Positions 1-10,416 of a stretch of DNA of 64,000 nt are shown here, piece by piece. Numbering within the stretch: the first letter of the stretch is position 1; every line of letters begins with the position of its first letter. Origin of the DNA: Gallionellaceae bacterium (GTDB lineage Bacteria; Pseudomonadota; Gammaproteobacteria; Burkholderiales; Gallionellaceae); contig JAYUTK010000001.1 in NCBI GenBank assembly GCA_043755195.1, positions 2,875-66,874 of the forward strand. The letters are read 5' to 3'. The position numbers and the translations under genes were made by a program. The notes beneath the pieces are model-generated. The model was given only the letters and a program-made list of their open reading frames with translations. It ran no database searches and was not told where the DNA came from.

Positions 1-18
1 GGATTTTTAGAGATGCCC
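1..18. repeat. IS/MITE-like terminal sequence (GGCATCTCTAAAAAT family)
   Basis: ggatttttagagatgccc matches 61190-61207, the reverse complement of 17051-17067, and a variant at 4535-4552. Confidence 0.55.
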
Positions 19-74
19 TTGAGAGTGGCTTCTACTATCTCTTCCTTACCAATTCAAGGGGGTTTAGAAAAATT

Positions 75-2912
75 ATGAATGATCTTTCCAGCAAACTCTT
101 GGCTGCACGCGACATAAGTAATCCACTGAAACACACTTCGGTGCTGTATGTCGAGGATGATGCCGATGTCCGTGAACAACTGTCACAGTTTTTGGAGCGC
201 CGGGTAGGCAAGCTATACTGTGCGAGCAACGGTCAGGAGGGTTTGGATGCGTGGCATCAGCACAAACCTGAAGTGGTGGTAACAGACATTCTGATGCCAG
301 TGATGGATGGACTGAAAATGGCCGAGATCATCCGACGGGAGAGTGTATTCACGCCAATCATTGTAACTACGGCATTCGGCGAACCGGAATACCTTCTCAG
401 AGCGATCAACCTGGGCATTGACAAGTACGTCCTCAAACCGATCAATGTCGAACTGTTGGTGCTGGCTATTCAGAAGTGTGCTTGGGAAGTTAAGTCCAGA
501 GTGGAGGTGCAGCTTGCGGCCACAGTATTCGACGCCTCATCCGAGGCCATTCTCATCACCGACAGTGAACACCGCATCATTAATGTTAATGCAGCTTTCA
601 GCCGGATTACTGGCTATGCCAAAGACGAAATAATCGGACAGACCCCAAAAATTTTAAACTCGGGTCGGCACAGTGCCGAATTTTATCAAGCGCAGTGGCA
701 GACTCTGCAAGAAACCGGGCGCTGGAGCAGTGAGGTTTGGAGTCGTCGCAAAAACGGCGAAATTTATGCTGAATGGCAGAGTATTAATACCGCCAAAAAC
801 AATCAGGGTGAAACTACGCATCATGTGGCGATTTTTTCTGACATCACCGAGCGTAAGCAAACAGAGGCTGAGCTGGAGCAACATCGTAACCATCTACAGG
901 AAATGGTGGAAGAGCAGACCGTAGAGGTATTACAAGCTAAGGAAATTGCCGAAACAGCCAATCACGCCAAATCAGAATTTCTGGCCAATATGAGTCATGA
1001 AATCCGCACTCCCATGAATGGGGTGATAGGCATGGTGGATATTTTGCAGGAGACGCAACTTTCTATAGAACAGCGACGTATGGTCAGAACCATACGTGAT
1101 TCCTCGCTAGCCCTGCTGGATATTTTAAATGACATCATAGATTTTTCCAAGGTTGAAGCAGGTAAACTTACCGTTGAAGCCATTCCAACCTGCGTGCGAG
1201 AAATAGCGGAAAGCGTAGCGGAACTCCTAACCTCGGTCACAGCCAATCAGAACATTGATTTGTACGTACTCATTTCACCCGACATTCCACCCTGGATATT
1301 GTCCGACCCAGTGCGGTTGCGACAGGTATTGATAAATCTATTAGGCAATGCGCTCAAATTTATCCATCACGGTGATGGCCGAGGGGGTCAGGTCACGCTG
1401 CGTGCAGAAAAATCCATTTTGGCCGATGGTCAGCCCGGCTTGCGCTTACGCATCATAGATAATGGCATCGGCATTTCGGCAGAAGTCTTAGCGCAATTAT
1501 TTCAGCCATTCACTCAGGCGGATAACAGCACCACGCGTCGCTTTGGCGGCACGGGTCTCGGCCTCAGCATCACCAAACGGTTGGTAGAACTGTTGCACGG
1601 TCAAATTTCTGTACAGAGCACACCGGGGCTAGGTTCGGAATTTACAGTAGAGCTTCCACTGCTGGAATCATCCCCGGCACGAGTATTGCCCACTACACCT
1701 GACTTGGCTGGAGTGCGTGTAATAGCTGTGACATGCGACCCGGCATACGTCGAAATTTTACCGACTTACCTGCGCTACGCGGGTGCCGAAGTAACGGTCG
1801 TCCCTAATATGGAAGTGGCGCGAAAACAATTACAGGATTCGGTCGGCATGACAGTATTGCTGCGTGATAAAAGTGTTGTCTGGAAATCGTCCACAAACGA
1901 AAAAATTGTCCTGCCCGACCAAGTTGGGTTAGTACAACTCATCTGTCGCAGTGGTTCGAGTATTTACCCAAAGGCTGTGACGATCATGGTTAACCCACTC
2001 CTGTATTATGACTTAATAAATGGAGTAGCCATAGCAGCAGGACTGCTCACTGTGCAGGATAGCGTCAAAAAAACTGACCAGCGCAAATATTCACGCAAAA
2101 CCACTCCTAGCGTGGCAGAGGCAGAATCAACCGGTCAGCTTATCTTGCTGGCTGAGGATAATGAAATTAACCGTGAAGTCATACAAGAACAACTGCACTT
2201 GCTGGGTTATGCTTCAGAAGTTGCTGTAGGTGGGTGTGAAGCTTTACAGCGTTGGCGTAGTGGGCGTTATGCACTACTGCTGACTGATTATCATATGCCC
2301 AATATGGATGGCACACAGCTCACGGCAGCAATTCGTGAAGAAGAACCTCTCGGCACACACTTCCCGATAATCGCTGTGACCGCAAATGCTATGCAGGGTG
2401 AGTTGGAACGCTGCCTAGAAAAAGGCATTGACGATTACTTGTCAAAACCGCTACGCCTGAATAAGCTGGGGGCAATGCTGGCAAAATGGCTACCACAAGC
2501 TGAATCGGAGGAAAAGACGATGACTGATACAAACTTCAAAATACCACAAATTACCGATACCCCAACTGTCGTGTGGGATGCCACCATGTTGACACAGATG
2601 ATAGGTGATAACCCTGCCATGCACCGCCGCTTGCTGGACATATTTTTGTCTAGCTCGGAAAAGCATGTGGCAGAAATTAATGCTGCAGTTGCGGCAAATA
2701 ATGCAGTCACCGTAGCAGAAGTGACACACAAGCTGAAATCAGCGGCTCGCACGGTGGGAGCTTTGCAATTGGGAGAACTCTGTCAAGAACTGGAAACCGC
2801 TGCACTCACGGGTAAAATGCAGGACACCCGCACTCGCGCAACAGGACTGAATGGGATTTTTCTGGCTGTTACAGAGCAAATAAATAAATCTAACAACTCC
2901 CCGACTCATTGA
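75..2912 (+). CDS. Hybrid sensor histidine kinase (REC-PAS-HisKA-HATPase-REC-HPt)
   Basis: REC VVTDILMPVMDG; H-box FLANMSHEIRTPMNG; G2 box FGGTGLGLSI; second REC LLTDYHMPNMDG; HPt THKLKSAARTVGA. Confidence 0.95.
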   Translation: MNDLSSKLLAARDISNPLKHTSVLYVEDDADVREQLSQFLERRVGKLYCASNGQEGLDAWHQHKPEVVVTDILMPVMDGLKMAEIIRRESVFTPIIVTTAFGEPEYLLRAINLGIDKYVLKPINVELLVLAIQKCAWEVKSRVEVQLAATVFDASSEAILITDSEHRIINVNAAFSRITGYAKDEIIGQTPKILNSGRHSAEFYQAQWQTLQETGRWSSEVWSRRKNGEIYAEWQSINTAKNNQGETTHHVAIFSDITERKQTEAELEQHRNHLQEMVEEQTVEVLQAKEIAETANHAKSEFLANMSHEIRTPMNGVIGMVDILQETQLSIEQRRMVRTIRDSSLALLDILNDIIDFSKVEAGKLTVEAIPTCVREIAESVAELLTSVTANQNIDLYVLISPDIPPWILSDPVRLRQVLINLLGNALKFIHHGDGRGGQVTLRAEKSILADGQPGLRLRIIDNGIGISAEVLAQLFQPFTQADNSTTRRFGGTGLGLSITKRLVELLHGQISVQSTPGLGSEFTVELPLLESSPARVLPTTPDLAGVRVIAVTCDPAYVEILPTYLRYAGAEVTVVPNMEVARKQLQDSVGMTVLLRDKSVVWKSSTNEKIVLPDQVGLVQLICRSGSSIYPKAVTIMVNPLLYYDLINGVAIAAGLLTVQDSVKKTDQRKYSRKTTPSVAEAESTGQLILLAEDNEINREVIQEQLHLLGYASEVAVGGCEALQRWRSGRYALLLTDYHMPNMDGTQLTAAIREEEPLGTHFPIIAVTANAMQGELERCLEKGIDDYLSKPLRLNKLGAMLAKWLPQAESEEKTMTDTNFKIPQITDTPTVVWDATMLTQMIGDNPAMHRRLLDIFLSSSEKHVAEINAAVAANNAVTVAEVTHKLKSAARTVGALQLGELCQELETAALTGKMQDTRTRATGLNGIFLAVTEQINKSNNSPTH

Positions 2913-3177
2913 AAATCCCATAAACTAGTAAGCGCTGGTCACCAAGATACATATAGCAAACTATTTTCATCTGAAGCTATATGCTTCTCTTGCTTCGCAC
3001 TAACAATAATATTGATCGCTATACATGGCGACATAAACCGTAGCGAACGTATGAAGGTAAGGCGCTCAAAACGTAGGAATCCGAGTGTATCCATAAATAC
3101 ATGTGGATTTCGTGCAACGCTGCCGTTATTTTGCGTAGTAGATTTTGCCGTTATGATTAATTATTGGTTGATATGCT

Positions 3178-4332
3178 ATGGGCACACGCCCCACAATACT
3201 CCTTGTCGAAGACGATGACTTTGCGGCCGAGTTTGTCGAGGGATTGCTATCTGCGGATTATCTCGTACATCGTTTTGCTAATGGGCGATCTGCCTTGAGT
3301 GCATTTTCAACAACCTCACCGGATTTGGTGTTGCTCGACGTTTCCATGCCCGGCCTGTCAGGTTACGATGTTTGTCGGCTGCTACGCGGTGATTCAACAT
3401 TAGGCAATCTACCAATCATTTTTCTGTCTGGCATGGTGAGTGAAAAAGAACGCTTGGCTGGATATGAGGCGGGTGGAGATGATTACCTGACCAAACCGGT
3501 AGCAGCAGGAGAATTGCGCTCCAAGATACATTTAGCGATAAATCATCGTGTCGAACGCCAGCGTCTTAAGTCAGACATCTCCAATGCCTTCACTACCGCC
3601 ATGACTGCTATGACCAGTGCCGCTGAGCTGGGAGCGGTTGTGCAGTTTTTGAGGAAAAGCATTAGTTGCCTCGATTATGTTTCGCTATGCCAGGAAATAC
3701 TGACTACTGTCAGTTCATATGGTTTAGAGGCTAGTGTGCAAATTCGCGGAAAACACAGGACAGTGTCGCGTACCGCAAACGGCCCTTGCTCGCCTCTGGA
3801 AGAATCCGTACTCAGCAATCTATCTACGCAGGGACACATATTCGAATTTGGTCTCTGCACATCTTATAATTTTGATCAAATCACCATCATTACCAAGAAT
3901 AAGCCAAACGACGACGCTGACCACCACGGGCGCATGAAGGACAACCTAGCCATATTGGCCGAAGCAGCAACATCGCGTGTGGCTACACTGGATGACCAGA
4001 TTTCTTGGACACAGCAACAGGACATTTTCAAACAACTGATTTCAAATTCGAAAACAAATTTGCCTGATATCGAGCAACAACGTCTGATGAAACAGCAACA
4101 GTTTCATGCATTATTTGAGGGTTTTTGCAGTGAACTGGAACGCCTATGCTTCAAACTTGGCTTTAATGAAATACAGCTTGAAATGGCGCAATTGATACAA
4201 AAAACATCCACGCATGCGTTTGCATTTTACGACGAAAGATTGGCAGCAGAGGAAAACCTGGAAAGCCAGCTAAAAAAAATAAATCACGTCATGACTACTA
4301 ATTCCAATCCCATTAGAAATGCCAATAATTAA
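3178..4332 (+). CDS. Response regulator: N-terminal REC plus unrecognised helical C-terminal domain
   Basis: ILLVEDDD...LLDVSMPGLSGYD...DDYLTKP receiver motifs. Confidence 0.85.
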   Translation: MGTRPTILLVEDDDFAAEFVEGLLSADYLVHRFANGRSALSAFSTTSPDLVLLDVSMPGLSGYDVCRLLRGDSTLGNLPIIFLSGMVSEKERLAGYEAGGDDYLTKPVAAGELRSKIHLAINHRVERQRLKSDISNAFTTAMTAMTSAAELGAVVQFLRKSISCLDYVSLCQEILTTVSSYGLEASVQIRGKHRTVSRTANGPCSPLEESVLSNLSTQGHIFEFGLCTSYNFDQITIITKNKPNDDADHHGRMKDNLAILAEAATSRVATLDDQISWTQQQDIFKQLISNSKTNLPDIEQQRLMKQQQFHALFEGFCSELERLCFKLGFNEIQLEMAQLIQKTSTHAFAFYDERLAAEENLESQLKKINHVMTTNSNPIRNANN

Positions 4333-4334
4333 GT

Positions 4335-4433
4335 CCGTTCGTGGTGAGCCTGTCGAACCACAGTTACCTTGTAAATACTGGCCTTCGACAAGGCCTTTAG
4401 TCTTGAGCGCAGCCGAAGGGTCAGGCCGAACGG
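4335..4433. repeat. REP-like hairpin pair (CCGTTCG...GAGCYTGTCGAA family)
   Basis: ccgttcgtggtgagcctgtcgaacc ... tcaggccgaacgg begins just after the stop codon at 4332; same family at about 9418, 40119, 42268, 62633, 63778. Confidence 0.8.
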
Positions 4434-4534
4434 TTTGAGATGTCGAATTAATGGTGTTTTTATCTGGAAATGGAATAATAATTGATCGGCGGTTAATTTA
4501 ATCTCGGATAATCCATTCGGGTGAAGTGACGTTA

Positions 4535-4710
4535 GGCCACCTCTAAAAATTCAAAATCCTGATATGTATTGACCTGTCAAGTTTTCCAATAATCAAGCTC
4601 CTAAAAATCATCGTGCAGTGTATGGCTAGCAGAACGGGCAGCATGCCGACGGTTGATCAGTCTGATGCGCGGGTTGGTTACCGCATGACAACCGATTTGC
4701 AGGGGATGCC
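4535..4710. mobile_element. Degenerate IS-end/MITE remnant
   Basis: Left end ggccacctctaaaaattc and imperfect inverted end gatttgcaggggatgcc; no transposase ORF. Confidence 0.35.
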
Positions 4711-4810
4711 TCGCTCTAAGATTGAGGGTCTGTGCGGAGGTCATTAACAGCAACCCATTGTTTTTCTCTGTAAACTCTGTGTTCTCTGTGGCCAAATGTT
4801 TTTTATAGGA

Positions 4811-5914
4811 TCAATGCTGCGAACGCATCGCCGAGGCGATTTTGGCCAGTAATGTTTTGCGATCAAATGGCTTCACAATGAAATTGACCGCGCCAGCTTC
4901 TATGCTTTCTTTCACCGCGTCTTGCGCGCTTTTCCCAGTCATCATGATCACTGGAACATTGGCAAGTTGCGGAATCCGCTTAATACGCCTCGTGGTTTCT
5001 ATACCGTCCATATCGGACATGATGATATCTATAAGTATCAGGTCTGGTCGAATATTGTTTACTATGTTTAAAGCTTCCACGCCGCTACGGGCAAATACTT
5101 TGCGATAATTTTTTTCAGGCAAAAGTTCGTTTATAAATTCGTGCTGGAATTCATCGTCATCTGCAACCAGAATCGTCATTCGAGCACGCTCAGCAAGCGT
5201 ACTCAGCGCTCGTACTGATTCAAAATGCGGTGTACATTCTTCCTTTAATTCTTTAACCCATTTGCTAAGTTGCTGTACTGATTCTTCCATAGTACGAAAT
5301 TGCTGGCCTACTTCATCAATTGCAAAGCGGCCAGCTTCCTGCGCCGAGTCTATCTCTTGCTTGACTTGATGCATGGCACGCAGAACCAGTGCAATTTGCT
5401 GAGCACTTTGTTTTATTTGATGACTGAGTACAGTTTCCAGCTTGGCAAGGCTACGTGTATGCACCGCGAAATCTGTGGCCGACGGCTCACTGCTGTTGAA
5501 CAAGGAATGCTCCAGCAATACACCGTGCACCGCCATTGCCAACCTTTGCGCGTCATGTATCTTCGGCCAGAACAGTACGTAATCATCAAAATATTTTTGT
5601 TGGCACATGCAGCAAACCTGCTCAACTTCATTTTGGTTGCACAAGATCACGGAGCGATACTGACGGAGGGGTAACTGGGTGCTGGTATCCTGTAATTCGC
5701 GGACATAACATTCCGCCTTCTCAAGCGCGTTGAAGGCAAGCACCAAAACTTGTGGTTTGTGCCACTCAAAATCTTTGACCATTTTATGGGCATCAGTTGA
5801 CACAAAGACATGCTGATATTCGCGGTCTAGTAGTTTCTTTGCCTTTTCGGCATCAGCCACGACATCAGAAGCAATCAAAATCGGCGCTGATGAGTAAACA
5901 GTAGTTTTACTCAT
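4811..5914 (-). CDS. Dual-receiver protein (pseudo-REC, coiled coil, REC)
   Basis: N-terminal REC-like region lacks the acceptor Asp (VLVLAFN); C-terminal REC ILVADDDE...LIDIIMSDMDG...FIVKP. Confidence 0.85.
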   Translation of the reverse strand: MSKTTVYSSAPILIASDVVADAEKAKKLLDREYQHVFVSTDAHKMVKDFEWHKPQVLVLAFNALEKAECYVRELQDTSTQLPLRQYRSVILCNQNEVEQVCCMCQQKYFDDYVLFWPKIHDAQRLAMAVHGVLLEHSLFNSSEPSATDFAVHTRSLAKLETVLSHQIKQSAQQIALVLRAMHQVKQEIDSAQEAGRFAIDEVGQQFRTMEESVQQLSKWVKELKEECTPHFESVRALSTLAERARMTILVADDDEFQHEFINELLPEKNYRKVFARSGVEALNIVNNIRPDLILIDIIMSDMDGIETTRRIKRIPQLANVPVIMMTGKSAQDAVKESIEAGAVNFIVKPFDRKTLLAKIASAMRSQH

Positions 5915-6163
5915 AGTACGTTAACGCTTCTAAACATTCTTTAAAGTCACTTTCTTGCAAAAATGTCCAAACAGTCCGCAACTCAGGTGGGTGACTGTGA
6001 CCGATTACATCAAAGGGAAGATTTCTTTGTTGCACACAGTATAGTTTACTTTGAACAATCAATGAAAGCAGTAGCCTAGTCCAATGACAAGTAAGCCTGA
6101 ACGAAGGGGTGTGTTTCCAGCGCGAGATGAGCCTGGAGGAGCGAAAGTTGGGATCATGGAGGC

Positions 6164-6500
6164 ATGATCGTGACTTTACACACCCAAGGACTACAAACAT
6201 TGGCACAGGTGCGAGCCTTTGTGTCGGGCAGCCAGCCCCACTCGTTCACGCTGGAGGATCGCACCTGCTTCTATGACTGGATGGCCTGCACACTTAGGCA
6301 GTTCGGCTACCTGCGCTGCAAGTGTTCCGACAAATGCATCCTGTGGCGATACCTGCGCAAGGTGACCGGCCTGTCCCGCGCACAGGTCGCACGCTGCATC
6401 AAACAGTTCACCACAGACCGCGGCGCTATACGCATGAGGACTTCCGTTTGCTGCTGGTTGAGATGGATGCATTGCATGGGAGCATCGAAGACACTATCAC
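6164..6500 (+). pseudogene. Truncated, frameshifted transposase/integrase N-terminus (IS481/ISNCY-like)
   Basis: LQTLAQVRAFVSG...YLRKVTGLSRAQVARCIKQF, continuing in another frame as YTHEDFRLLLVEMDALHG; no catalytic core. Confidence 0.7.
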
Positions 6501-6578
6501 GCGCAAACAGGACGTTGTTATTTGCTAGTTGCCAGCATATACTCGACACGAGAACGCCTATTTGCTGAACTGGATACT

Positions 6579-7523
6579 ATGACAAGCTCTGCTCCGATAG
6601 AAAAACAATCGCCATTTAGCCTGATGTCAGATATAGATCTGCGCTTAAGGATGCTTTTTTCCAGCCTGGCGACTTCGCAGTTGACCGACTTTCCCGGTCG
6701 CACCACCAGAATATGCAAGGATTTGCAAAGCGCCTGTGAGATGGATGCGGATGCGGCCTTAGGCATGTTGGCGCTGGGTAGTGAAGGGCGCTACACCATT
6801 ACTCATCCTTTGCATGTGGCCATTTTGTGCGAATTGATTGCGAAAAAAAAGGGTATAGCTGACGAGTCGAGATTATCTCTGCTTGCGGCTGCCTTAACCA
6901 GCAATATTGCCATGATAGAGTTGCAAGATACCTTGCAAAAGCAGCAAGCCCCGTTGACTGACGAGCAATCAGAAAAAATTCACCAGCATCCCAAGAGAGC
7001 AGCCGACATGTTGCGCGAAGCCGGGGTGCAAGATAGCGTTTGGATTAACACCGTGCAGAACCACCATGAAAGGCAGGATGGCAAGGGCTATCCCGGCGCA
7101 TTGAGCGGGGACGATGTTTCTCTGCTGGTGCGGATTGAGTCGTTGGCCGATACCTATAGCGCACTGATTTCCCCGCGCAACTATCGAGTGGTAAAATTTA
7201 CGCGGGATGCGCTATGCGACACTTTCCTCAAGCGCGGCGCTGCGATTGATGAATCGCTCCCCAATTTTTTTATCAAGGAACTGGGCGTGTTTCCTCCCGG
7301 TTCTTTTGTCAAATTGCAAAACGGCGAGACGGCGGTTGTGGTTAGACGTGGAGCAAATGCCATGTCGCCACAGGTGCAAAGCATAGTCAGCACTAAGGGC
7401 ACGCCTCTGCCCGTGCCGCTGTTGCGCGACAGCGGGCAGGATGCTTATGCTATACGTGAAATAACGCCGCCCAGCAAAGGTATTTCCATTAATCGCCCAT
7501 TGCTTTGGGGTTATAAAGCATAA
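6579..7523 (+). CDS. HD-GYP domain protein with degenerate HD motif
   Basis: HHERQDGKGYPG motif; LTSNIAM where the HD dyad is expected; ATG 6579 preferred over the ORF-track start 6522. Confidence 0.85.
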   Translation: MTSSAPIEKQSPFSLMSDIDLRLRMLFSSLATSQLTDFPGRTTRICKDLQSACEMDADAALGMLALGSEGRYTITHPLHVAILCELIAKKKGIADESRLSLLAAALTSNIAMIELQDTLQKQQAPLTDEQSEKIHQHPKRAADMLREAGVQDSVWINTVQNHHERQDGKGYPGALSGDDVSLLVRIESLADTYSALISPRNYRVVKFTRDALCDTFLKRGAAIDESLPNFFIKELGVFPPGSFVKLQNGETAVVVRRGANAMSPQVQSIVSTKGTPLPVPLLRDSGQDAYAIREITPPSKGISINRPLLWGYKA

Positions 7524-7696
7524 GGGCATATCTCCATTTCCACCCAGCAACTTCATTGCATTCCCATTGCTGTGTTGCGTAAAACATTTTCAGACTTACA
7601 TATAACCCTTATGCGTTGCGGCAAAATAAATTTTTGGAGCAGGGTTATTTCTAGCTGTGCTGGAGCTAAATTTTTTACGCACTATTCAATTGCCCA

Positions 7697-9055
7697 ATGG
7701 CGAAAATAAAAACAATCTACAGTTGTACTGAATGCGGGGGACAAGTGCCAAAATGGCAAGGTCAATGTCCACATTGCACGGCGTGGAATACGCTGGTTGA
7801 AAGCATTGCAGAATCCGCCCCCAGCGGCAAAAACCGCTACAGCGCGCTGACTACAACCGGCAAGGTGCAGACCTTGGCCGAAGTGGGCGCAGAAGAAGTG
7901 CCGCGCACGCCTACGGGCATCGTCGAGTTCGACCGTGTGTTGGGCGGTGGGCTGGTCAGCGGCGGCGTGGTGTTGATCGGCGGCGATCCCGGCATAGGAA
8001 AATCCACCTTGTTGTTGCAAACGCTGGCGCATCTCTCCAGCCAACAAAAAGTGCTGTACGTAAGCGGCGAAGAATCAGCGCAACAAATCGCACTGCGCGC
8101 CAAGCGTTTAGCACTCGACGCGCGCGGCATGCACTTGCTGGCAGAAATTCAACTGGAAAAAATACAAGCAATCATCGCCCAAGAAAAGCCGGACGTGGTG
8201 GTGATTGATTCCATTCAGACCGTGTATTCCGAGCAGCTCACCTCCGCCCCCGGCTCGGTGGCGCAAGTGCGCGAATGTGCGGCGCAACTCACACGTTTGG
8301 CCAAGACCAGCGCCGTGACCATGATATTGGTCGGCCATGTCACCAAGGAAGGCACGCTAGCCGGGCCGCGTGTGTTGGAACACATCGTGGATACCGTGCT
8401 GTATTTCGAGGGTGACACGCATTCCAGTTTCCGTTTAATCCGCGCATTCAAAAATCGCTTTGGTGCAGTGAACGAGTTGGGCGTATTCGCCATGACTGAA
8501 AAAGGTCTGCGCGAAGTCAGCAACCCTTCCGCATTATTTTTATCGCAGCATGGCGCGCAAGTGCCCGGATCGTGTGTGATGGTGACACAGGAAGGCACAC
8601 GCCCCTTGCTGGTGGAAATTCAAGCCTTGCTCGATGATTCGCATTCTCCCAGCCCGCGCCGCCTGTCATTGGGTCTGGAACAAAACCGCCTGGCGATGTT
8701 GCTGGCCGTGCTGCATCGTCACGCAGGCATCGCTTGCTTTGATCAGGATGTATTCATCAATGCCGTTGGCGGCGTAAAAATCACCGAGCCGGGTGCTGAT
8801 TTGGCGGTGTTGTTGGCTATCGTGTCATCGTTACGCAACAAACCGTTGCCAGAAAAAATGGTGGTGTTTGGTGAGGTGGGTTTAGCAGGTGAAGTACGCC
8901 CGGTACAGCGCGGTCAAGAACGTCTGAAAGAAGCCGCCAAACTGGGTTTTACTCACGCCATCATCCCCAAGGCCAATGCGCCTAAGCAAAAAATCGCAGG
9001 CATGGAAATCATTGCGGTGGAACGGGTAGAAGATGCAGTGGCGAAGATGCGTTAA
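7697..9055 (+). CDS. radA: DNA repair protein RadA/Sms
   Basis: C4 zinc finger CTECG...CPHC, Walker A GDPGIGKST, KNRFG motif, Lon-like C-terminus. Confidence 0.98.
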   Translation: MAKIKTIYSCTECGGQVPKWQGQCPHCTAWNTLVESIAESAPSGKNRYSALTTTGKVQTLAEVGAEEVPRTPTGIVEFDRVLGGGLVSGGVVLIGGDPGIGKSTLLLQTLAHLSSQQKVLYVSGEESAQQIALRAKRLALDARGMHLLAEIQLEKIQAIIAQEKPDVVVIDSIQTVYSEQLTSAPGSVAQVRECAAQLTRLAKTSAVTMILVGHVTKEGTLAGPRVLEHIVDTVLYFEGDTHSSFRLIRAFKNRFGAVNELGVFAMTEKGLREVSNPSALFLSQHGAQVPGSCVMVTQEGTRPLLVEIQALLDDSHSPSPRRLSLGLEQNRLAMLLAVLHRHAGIACFDQDVFINAVGGVKITEPGADLAVLLAIVSSLRNKPLPEKMVVFGEVGLAGEVRPVQRGQERLKEAAKLGFTHAIIPKANAPKQKIAGMEIIAVERVEDAVAKMR

Positions 9056-9145
9056 ACCCAGATTTTCCATTAGCGTACGTAGCGAGGGCGATCAAGTGAT
9101 TGAAGATGTGCGAAAAAAATAAAAAATGTTCGGAGGGCGTAGCCA

Positions 9146-9292
9146 GGGTAAATTTGTTCTCCAAATAATCGTAGGGTGGGCAGACAGCTTTATCGTCTGC
9201 CCACGCGGATTGGTAACCGCGTGGGCACAAAAACGTGCCCACCCTACATTTATTGATTTTAAACATAATTACCTGGAGAACAAATTTACCGT
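9146..9292. mobile_element. Nested MITE with 17-bp IR (GGTAAATTTGTTCTCCA) and 11-bp flanking direct repeat
   Basis: IR 9147-9163 and 9274-9290; direct repeat gggcgtagcca at 9135-9145 and 9293-9303. Confidence 0.7.
9171..9247. repeat. GTAG-type REP doublet (RAYT-family-like)
   Basis: gtagggtgggca ... tgcccaccctac with internal palindromes. Confidence 0.75.
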
Positions 9293-9392
9293 GGGCGTAG
9301 CCACTCTACGTTGACAATTAGACCCAATTACGTCATTCCTGCGAAGGTGGGAATGAGGTAATTCTGCCTAATGGAAAATTAGGGTTCAACCT

Positions 9393-9504
9393 CAATGCTG
9401 TTCACTTAGGCAAATTTCCGTTCGCCCTGAGCTTGTCGAAGGGCTCCAGTTGCGAAGCTAGTGGTTCGACAAGCTCACCACGAACGGTTAAGTGAACAGC
9501 ATTG
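9393..9504. mobile_element. 112-bp MITE, 16-bp TIR CAATGCTGTTCACTTA, 10-bp target duplication
   Basis: Perfect TIRs; TSD ggttcaacct at 9383-9392 and 9505-9514; identical to the reverse complement of 40102-40214 except one indel. Confidence 0.92.
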
Positions 9505-9642
9505 GGTTCAACCTTGCATCTCCAATTTTCAGCATTCAAGGTTGTGTGATGGCAACGAATTTCTCCATCTTTCCAAATAGTGGAAGGAAATATTAGCGGC
9601 GTTTATTTCGCGCAATAAAATTAGTTCAACAGCAAAAGTCAA

Positions 9643-10359
9643 CTATGCGTGCGGTGATTCACGCGAAGCGGCGGGCATTCCATCATCAGCATCCTTCCCA
9701 GAAAACCAATTACGCCAGACTACCACCCGGTATGCGAGCAGTGCGAGCAATACAAGGATATAAGGAAGAGAACGCAGGTCACCCGGCTTGGACATCCACC
9801 ACCAATGGGCAATAGTCAACAACGCAATCAGGTAGATCAGCCGATGAATACGCCGCCAGTTGCGTTTAAGCATGCGTATCATCTCATCGGGGGAAGTGAT
9901 GGCAAGCAACGTGAGCAACGCCAAGCTGAGTACGCCCGCCACAATATACGGCTTTTCATATAGATCGTCGGCAAGCGCATCCCAATCCCAGCTTAGATCA
10001 AATTCCAAATAAACCCCAGCATGAGCAACCCCATAAAAAAAACAAACCAGACCCAACATACGCCGCATGTGTATCATAAAGTTCCAATCCGGCAGGCGTT
10101 TACCCCAGCGCCAGCCGAGTAGCCGGAACAGGCGCAGCAACATCCTGCGCCCCGGCGTAATGAACAATGTCAGAATGAGCAATATCATCGCCCAGCGACC
10201 CGTTACCCGCTCCAAGGTTTCTAGGCCGTTAACACCTAAATTTTTATTGATGTAATCCAGCGCCAAAATTATTGCAGGCAGCAGAGTCAGCATGAGCACA
10301 GCCCACCATAGCGCTCGATAGTATTGGAAGGGCCACGTTTTTAGGGGGGGGTTAAACAT
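9643..10359 (-). CDS. msrQ: Methionine sulfoxide reductase heme-binding membrane subunit (MsrQ/YedZ)
   Basis: TGRWA...RRMLGL...HAGVY...KPYIVAG...WRRIHRLIY...H ferric-reductase-like TM motifs; follows msrP. Confidence 0.9.
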   Translation of the reverse strand: MFNPPLKTWPFQYYRALWWAVLMLTLLPAIILALDYINKNLGVNGLETLERVTGRWAMILLILTLFITPGRRMLLRLFRLLGWRWGKRLPDWNFMIHMRRMLGLVCFFYGVAHAGVYLEFDLSWDWDALADDLYEKPYIVAGVLSLALLTLLAITSPDEMIRMLKRNWRRIHRLIYLIALLTIAHWWWMSKPGDLRSLPYILVLLALLAYRVVVWRNWFSGKDADDGMPAASRESPHA

Positions 10360-10416
10360 AAAGCAGCATAGATCAAGTGCTGGTATTTGTCAGCGTAATA
10401 ATCCGCATTCTACGTT

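Larger units (their letters stand above)
9056..9385. mobile_element. MITE with ACCCAGATTTTCCATTAG termini, containing nested repeats
   Basis: Left acccagattttccattagc, right cctaatggaaaattagggt; 9056-9144 matches the reverse complement of about 34880-34972; flanks TAA and TCA. Confidence 0.75.

Noticed and set aside
4758-4795. ORF 4601-4795 (MATENTEFTEK)
   Set aside because: The start is a short acagag 9-mer repeat and the rest overlaps an IS-end remnant; no coding support
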